Assembly (NCBI RefSeq): GCF_000237865.1
Contig: NC_017459.1
Location: forward strand, 2,550,001 to 2,582,000
DNA: 32,000 bases
Origin: Haloquadratum walsbyi C23
GTDB lineage: Archaea; Halobacteriota; Halobacteria; Halobacteriales; Haloferacaceae
Direction of reading: 5' to 3'
The notes below the pieces were generated by a model. The model saw only the letters and a program-made list of their open reading frames with translations. It made no database searches and was not told where the DNA came from. This document shows, piece by piece, positions 27,991-32,000 of this stretch (position 1 is its first letter; each line of letters starts with the position of its first letter). Both the position numbers and the translations under genes were made by a program.

Positions 27991-28299
27991 TCAACCTTCA
28001 CTTTCCGGCGACAGCCGTCACCCACCAGCGACGGCTGTCGCCTGTGCCGCGATCATTCATCGTTTCTTTCCTTGAACTGCTATTTCTCTTGGCTCAACAC
28101 GGATGTCACTGACAACTGTTCGATGAGTGAACTCCCATAGGATTCTTACCCAGCAGTTCGTTGGGAGAGAATTTCGCCGGGCTTTATGAACTCAGAACGC
28201 GACAGCTCTATAAGTCAATTATTTGATATAAATATCTTGCAAGCCAACTGAAATATGTCTGACGCAAGAACTAACAGCATTGTTTTGTTTGTAGCAAAC

Positions 28300-28647
28300 A
28301 TGGGAATAATGAACAAAATCATCGGTGGAGAGACGGATACACCAAATGAATACGTTGAACTCGATCTTGATGACTTCGAGACAGTCCGTGGTGATGCTGA
28401 TGTCCGTGTTCGATTTGCAAAAATCGGTGGGCAACAGGATATTATCGATATTAAAGACGCTGTATACGATGGCGATCTCGTTATTGCTGATATTACACGA
28501 CATACAACGAGTGATAATACAATGGAGCGTATCGTTGACGACCTGCGTCGAGTAATTGAAGAGGTTGACGGTGATATGGTCCAGAAAGGTGATGATCAAT
28601 TAATCATTGCACCGACTGGCGTTGCGATCGCCCGACAAAAAATATAA
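28300..28647 (+). CDS. sepF: cell-division protein SepF (archaeal FtsZ anchor)
   Basis: MGIMNKIIGG...YVELDLDDF...IGGQQDIIDIKDAVYDGDLVIADITRHTTSDNTMERI...GDMVQKGDDQLIIAPTG matches my recollection of archaeal SepF. The ORF is also open from ATG 28255. Confidence 0.85.
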   Translation: MGIMNKIIGGETDTPNEYVELDLDDFETVRGDADVRVRFAKIGGQQDIIDIKDAVYDGDLVIADITRHTTSDNTMERIVDDLRRVIEEVDGDMVQKGDDQLIIAPTGVAIARQKI

Positions 28648-28960
28648 TTCAATATCATATTGATATATTGGATTAATCTGACCTGTTGAGAAATATCGTT
28701 ACCATTGTTCTATTTGATCTGCCGAAATAAAATTAATCTGTTTTCCTGTCCGATCTGAATAATGAATGATATTTGATTCACATGCTGACCACTATCTCTC
28801 CACACTTGCCAGCGGATTGTGCTGATCGTAGGGATATATTTATATTGGTCCTATGGATTATAGCGTTGTCAGCATATCCATCCCAATCATAACCAGGACA
28901 GCAATCGTACTCGTCTATTTCAACTGGAGGATCAATATCTACAGATTAACAGGCAGAGTG

Positions 28961-29329
28961 CCTCGGGGCTTGACCCCGAGGGTGAATGCCGTCGCTATAT
29001 GCCACAAATTTAACTATTTCTAGCGTTTTACACGGCGATAACCACCAGAAACAACCCATCAAAGTATGGAAATGAAGACCTCATTTCCTTCGCTGGTCGT
29101 TTGACAGTTTGGAAATGTGGCCCTCTCAAAATCCGCTACTATGGTGGTGCGACAGGGGTTTCAACGGGCGCGGAGTGAAGCCGCCGACCTCCACGGACTC
29201 CTCGCGGAGTTCGGGTGTTAATTCCAGCCGACCCCTCACGGGGAAGGTCGGAGGGAATTAAATTCGCCTGCGGGTGCTGTGCAGACCCCAAACGGTGAAG
29301 CCTCGGGGCTTGACCCCGAGGTACTTCAC
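28961..29329 (+). mobile_element. hairpin-bracketed non-coding element (PATE-like, candidate IS200/IS605-type derivative or structured RNA)
   Basis: The identical 21-nt hairpin CCTCGGGG-CTTGA-CCCCGAGG occurs at 28961-28981 and 29301-29321 in direct orientation. The right copy is extended by GTGAAG...CTTCAC. The interior at 29130-29300 is GC-rich with several local stem-loops, e.g. GGACTCC-TCGC-GGAGTTC and CCGACC...GGTCGG. Confidence 0.45.
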
Positions 29330-29543
29330 GATTGCTCAAGAGTCGACACAGGATTTTTTAATTTGGCTCTCAGTTACCGATTATGCATTCGATAGGGGGA
29401 ATTCAACTCTTGCATTCAGGAGTATTCGAGCAACTCATATTGTGACTTTTGACATCAAAGCTTCTACTATTGAGTTCTGGTATTTATACTATTCTGACAT
29501 CACCCGACACGCTTTCCCCTACGCTCGTCATATCGGCGCATAG

Positions 29544-32000
29544 ATGAGTACGGACTTTATCGAGGTTCGCGGGGCTGAGGAGCATAATCTCGACGACCTC
29601 GACGTCCAGATTCCACGGGAATCATTTACTGTCGTCACTGGTCTTTCCGGTTCAGGAAAGTCATCTCTTGCTTTTGAGACAGTATATGCAGAGGGTCAAC
29701 GACGATATATTGAGTCACTATCGGCGTATGCTCGAAATTTCCTTGGGCAAATGGACAAGCCACAGGTCGAATCTGTCGAGGGATTATCACCAGCAATTTC
29801 AATTGATCAAAAAAATGCAGCAAATAATCCACGGTCGACCGTTGGAACGGTCACTGAACTCCATGACTACCTTCGATTATTGTATGCCCGGGTAGGTGTA
29901 CAATATGATCCTCTTACCGGTGAGGTGGTCGGTGAGCAATCTGCCCAGGAGATGGTTGAGCAACTCATGAGCTTACCAGTTGGCACGCGTGCAAAGGTCG
30001 CTGCACCGATTGCTCGTGATGAGAAGGGAACATTCGCAGATCGATTTGATGAGCTTGTTGCTGATGGATACGCCCGGGTTGAGGTTGATGGTAAAACATA
30101 TGATCTTACCAGGGAAACACCGTCGCTGGACAAAAACTATGATCACACGATTGATGTCATTGTTGACCGGATAAAAATCGACCCAGAGGCAACAGCTCGA
30201 ATCACCGATTCAGTCGAAACAGCACTTGATGAGGCTGGTGGTGTTCTAAAAGTAATTATCCCTGATCCTCCTGCTGACGTGCCGTTTGCCTCGAACGCGC
30301 GCTCAACGGGAGCCCTTGGTGGTGACAGCGATAATCGGCTTATTGTTGAGTTCTCTGAGGAGTTGGGAAATCCGAATTCTGATATCCAGTTTGTCGAAAT
30401 CGAAACACGGTCATTCTCATTCAATAGTCCGTATGGAGCATGTCCGGAGTGCGAGGGGCTTGGTCAAACAAAGGAGGTTGATGAGGATCTTGTTGTTCGT
30501 GACCCGTCAAAACCACTTACGGATGTCTTTGAGGCATGGTCTTATGACCGCTCATACTATCGGACTCGCATCGATGCTGTTGCCTCTCACTTTGATGTGA
30601 GCGTCAAAACATCATTCGCTGATCTTGATTCAGATATACAACGGCAATTTCTCTATGGGACTGATACCGAGGTGGTATTCGAACGTCAAACACGGAATGG
30701 AACCCGTCGGAAAACAAAACGTTTCGAGGGTGTTATTCCAAATCTTGAGCGCAGACATGTTGAGACAGACTCTGATTCAACACGAGAGCATATTGAAGAG
30801 TATATGGCAGTAACAACATGCCCTGCTTGTGATGGGACACGGCTAAAAAAGCAATCGCGACATGTTCTTGTTGGTGAGACAGCCATTACTGAGGTTAATC
30901 AGATGAGTATTGGTGACGCGCTCACCCATTTTGAAGGACTTGAGTCAGAACTTAGTGAACGCGAAGAGACAATTGCATCAGAGATCCTCAAAGAAATTCG
31001 TTCACGTCTGAGGTTCATGCAAGAAGTTGGATTAGAGTATCTCACCCTCGACCGTGAGGCATCAACACTTTCTGGAGGTGAAAGCCAGCGGATCCGTCTT
31101 GCAACACAGGTTGGATCCGGACTTGTCGGTGTGTTATATGTGCTTGATGAGCCGTCGATTGGACTACATCAACGCGATAATGATCGACTTTTGAATACAC
31201 TTGAGGGGCTTCGTGATCTTGGAAACACGCTTCTTGTCGTTGAACATGATGAGGAAACAATGCGACGTGCGGACTCGATTATTGATATGGGTCCTGGTCC
31301 TGGTAGTCAAGGTGGTGAGGTTGTTGTCCATGGTGATTTTGAAACAGTATGTGAGGCTGAAGACTCAATCACTGGCGATTATCTTTCCGGTCAACGTCAA
31401 ATCCCTGTTCCAGAGGATCGACGTGAATCAGATACTGCATTAACCATCCGTGGTGCCTGTCAGCACAATCTCAAAAATATCGACGTACAGCTCCCAATCG
31501 GGCAATTCACAGCAATCACTGGTGTTTCAGGATCAGGAAAATCAACACTCATGCATGATATCCTATATAAGGGCCTTGCTCGAGAGATGAATGATAATAC
31601 CTCAGTTGACCCTGGAGAGCACGATGCGATTGAGGGAACGGATGAAATCGAAACAGTACGACTCATCGACCAGTCACCAATCGGGCGGACACCACGGTCG
31701 AATCCAGCAACATATACTGGAGTCTTTGATTATGTGCGTGAGTTATTTGCAGAAACAAAGCTATCAAAACAGCGAGGATATGCAAAAGGTCGATTCTCAT
31801 TTAATGTCAAAGGTGGTCGATGTGAGACTTGTGGTGGGCAGGGGACAGTGAAAATTGATATGAATTTCCTTTCGGACGTATATGTCCCATGTGAGACGTG
31901 TGACGGTGCACGATACAATAATAAAACACTTGATGTCACATATAAGGAAAGAACGATTGCTGATGTGCTTGAAATGGAGGTCTCTGAAGCACTTGAGTTC
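29544..32000 (+). CDS. uvrA: excinuclease ABC subunit UvrA (N-terminal 819 codons, continues beyond the window)
   Basis: From ATG 29544: [67 protein letters not shown]. The ABC signature is [12 protein letters not shown], Walker B is [13 protein letters not shown], and the second Walker A is [10 protein letters not shown]. There is no stop before nt 32000, so it is absent from the ORF track. Confidence 0.97.
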   Translation, partial: MSTDFIEVRGAEEHNLDDLDVQIPRESFTVVTGLSGSGKSSLAFETVYAEGQRRYIESLSAYARNFLGQMDKPQVESVEGLSPAISIDQKNAANNPRSTVGTVTELHDYLRLLYARVGVQYDPLTGEVVGEQSAQEMVEQLMSLPVGTRAKVAAPIARDEKGTFADRFDELVADGYARVEVDGKTYDLTRETPSLDKNYDHTIDVIVDRIKIDPEATARITDSVETALDEAGGVLKVIIPDPPADVPFASNARSTGALGGDSDNRLIVEFSEELGNPNSDIQFVEIETRSFSFNSPYGACPECEGLGQTKEVDEDLVVRDPSKPLTDVFEAWSYDRSYYRTRIDAVASHFDVSVKTSFADLDSDIQRQFLYGTDTEVVFERQTRNGTRRKTKRFEGVIPNLERRHVETDSDSTREHIEEYMAVTTCPACDGTRLKKQSRHVLVGETAITEVNQMSIGDALTHFEGLESELSEREETIASEILKEIRSRLRFMQEVGLEYLTLDREASTLSGGESQRIRLATQVGSGLVGVLYVLDEPSIGLHQRDNDRLLNTLEGLRDLGNTLLVVEHDEETMRRADSIIDMGPGPGSQGGEVVVHGDFETVCEAEDSITGDYLSGQRQIPVPEDRRESDTALTIRGACQHNLKNIDVQLPIGQFTAITGVSGSGKSTLMHDILYKGLAREMNDNTSVDPGEHDAIEGTDEIETVRLIDQSPIGRTPRSNPATYTGVFDYVRELFAETKLSKQRGYAKGRFSFNVKGGRCETCGGQGTVKIDMNFLSDVYVPCETCDGARYNNKTLDVTYKERTIADVLEMEVSEALEF

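Larger units (their letters stand above)
25545..28205 (+). mobile_element. IS4-family insertion sequence (outer element), inactivated by a nested IS630-family insertion
   Basis: The TIR is CTATCGCGTTCTGAGT (25545-25560) against the reverse complement of 28190-28205, CTGTCGCGTTCTGAGT (15/16). A 7-bp direct repeat CTCTATA lies at 25538-25544 and 28206-28212. The DDE and YREK motifs are split across two ORFs. Confidence 0.85.

Noticed and set aside
29130-29340. SRP (7S) RNA or RNase P RNA in the GC-rich segment upstream of uvrA
   Set aside because: I could not find the SRP domain-IV GGAA/AGCA loop context or the RNase P P4 GGAAAGTCC-type core on either strand. The flanking identical hairpins favour a mobile-element explanation.
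29139-29543. ORFs 29139..29339 (-) and 29274..29543 (+)
   Set aside because: The first is a highly basic Arg/Pro-rich peptide. Both lie across the repeat element and the uvrA promoter region. No coding signal.
1-32000. CRISPR arrays, rRNA genes, additional tRNAs
   Set aside because: I saw no regularly spaced direct repeats of 25-40 bp, no rRNA-like conserved blocks, and no second cloverleaf. A tRNAscan/Infernal run would be needed for certainty.

Overview
This window looks like a haloarchaeal chromosome segment. The evidence is strongly acidic proteins, a halorhodopsin, small CPxCG zinc-finger ORFs, and moderate GC with long AT-rich spacers. I infer a Haloquadratum-like genome, but that is unverified. 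Recognisable core genes are a KH RNA-binding protein, tRNA-Asp(GTC), a tandem crcB pair, tiaS, a COG1395-type HTH regulator, a glutaredoxin, a TRAM protein, a PfkB sugar kinase, an Lrp/AsnC regulator, halorhodopsin, a Ski2-like helicase with a zinc finger, an M50/CBS protease, a HAD hydrolase, sepF and uvrA. uvrA starts at 29544, runs off the right edge, and is therefore missing from the ORF track. The backbone is heavily interspersed with mobile or repetitive DNA. An IS630-family element is nested inside an IS4-family element (25545-28205). Two ~309-bp MITE copies bracket the sugar kinase. A ~245-nt GC-rich non-coding repeat occurs in two inverted copies 12 kb apart. A ~360-bp segment upstream of uvrA is bracketed by two identical 21-nt hairpins. 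A 1.7-kb GC3-rich, apparently foreign island encodes an uncharacterised polytopic membrane protein. The best candidates for a functional system are two. One is a stand-alone NurA-like nuclease / small ORF / HerA-like ATPase cluster (21673-25424) with no mre11-rad50. The other is a second FtsK/HerA-type ATPase divergently paired with a pilin-like Ig-domain protein (3327-4922). All family calls come from motifs read by eye. No database search was possible.
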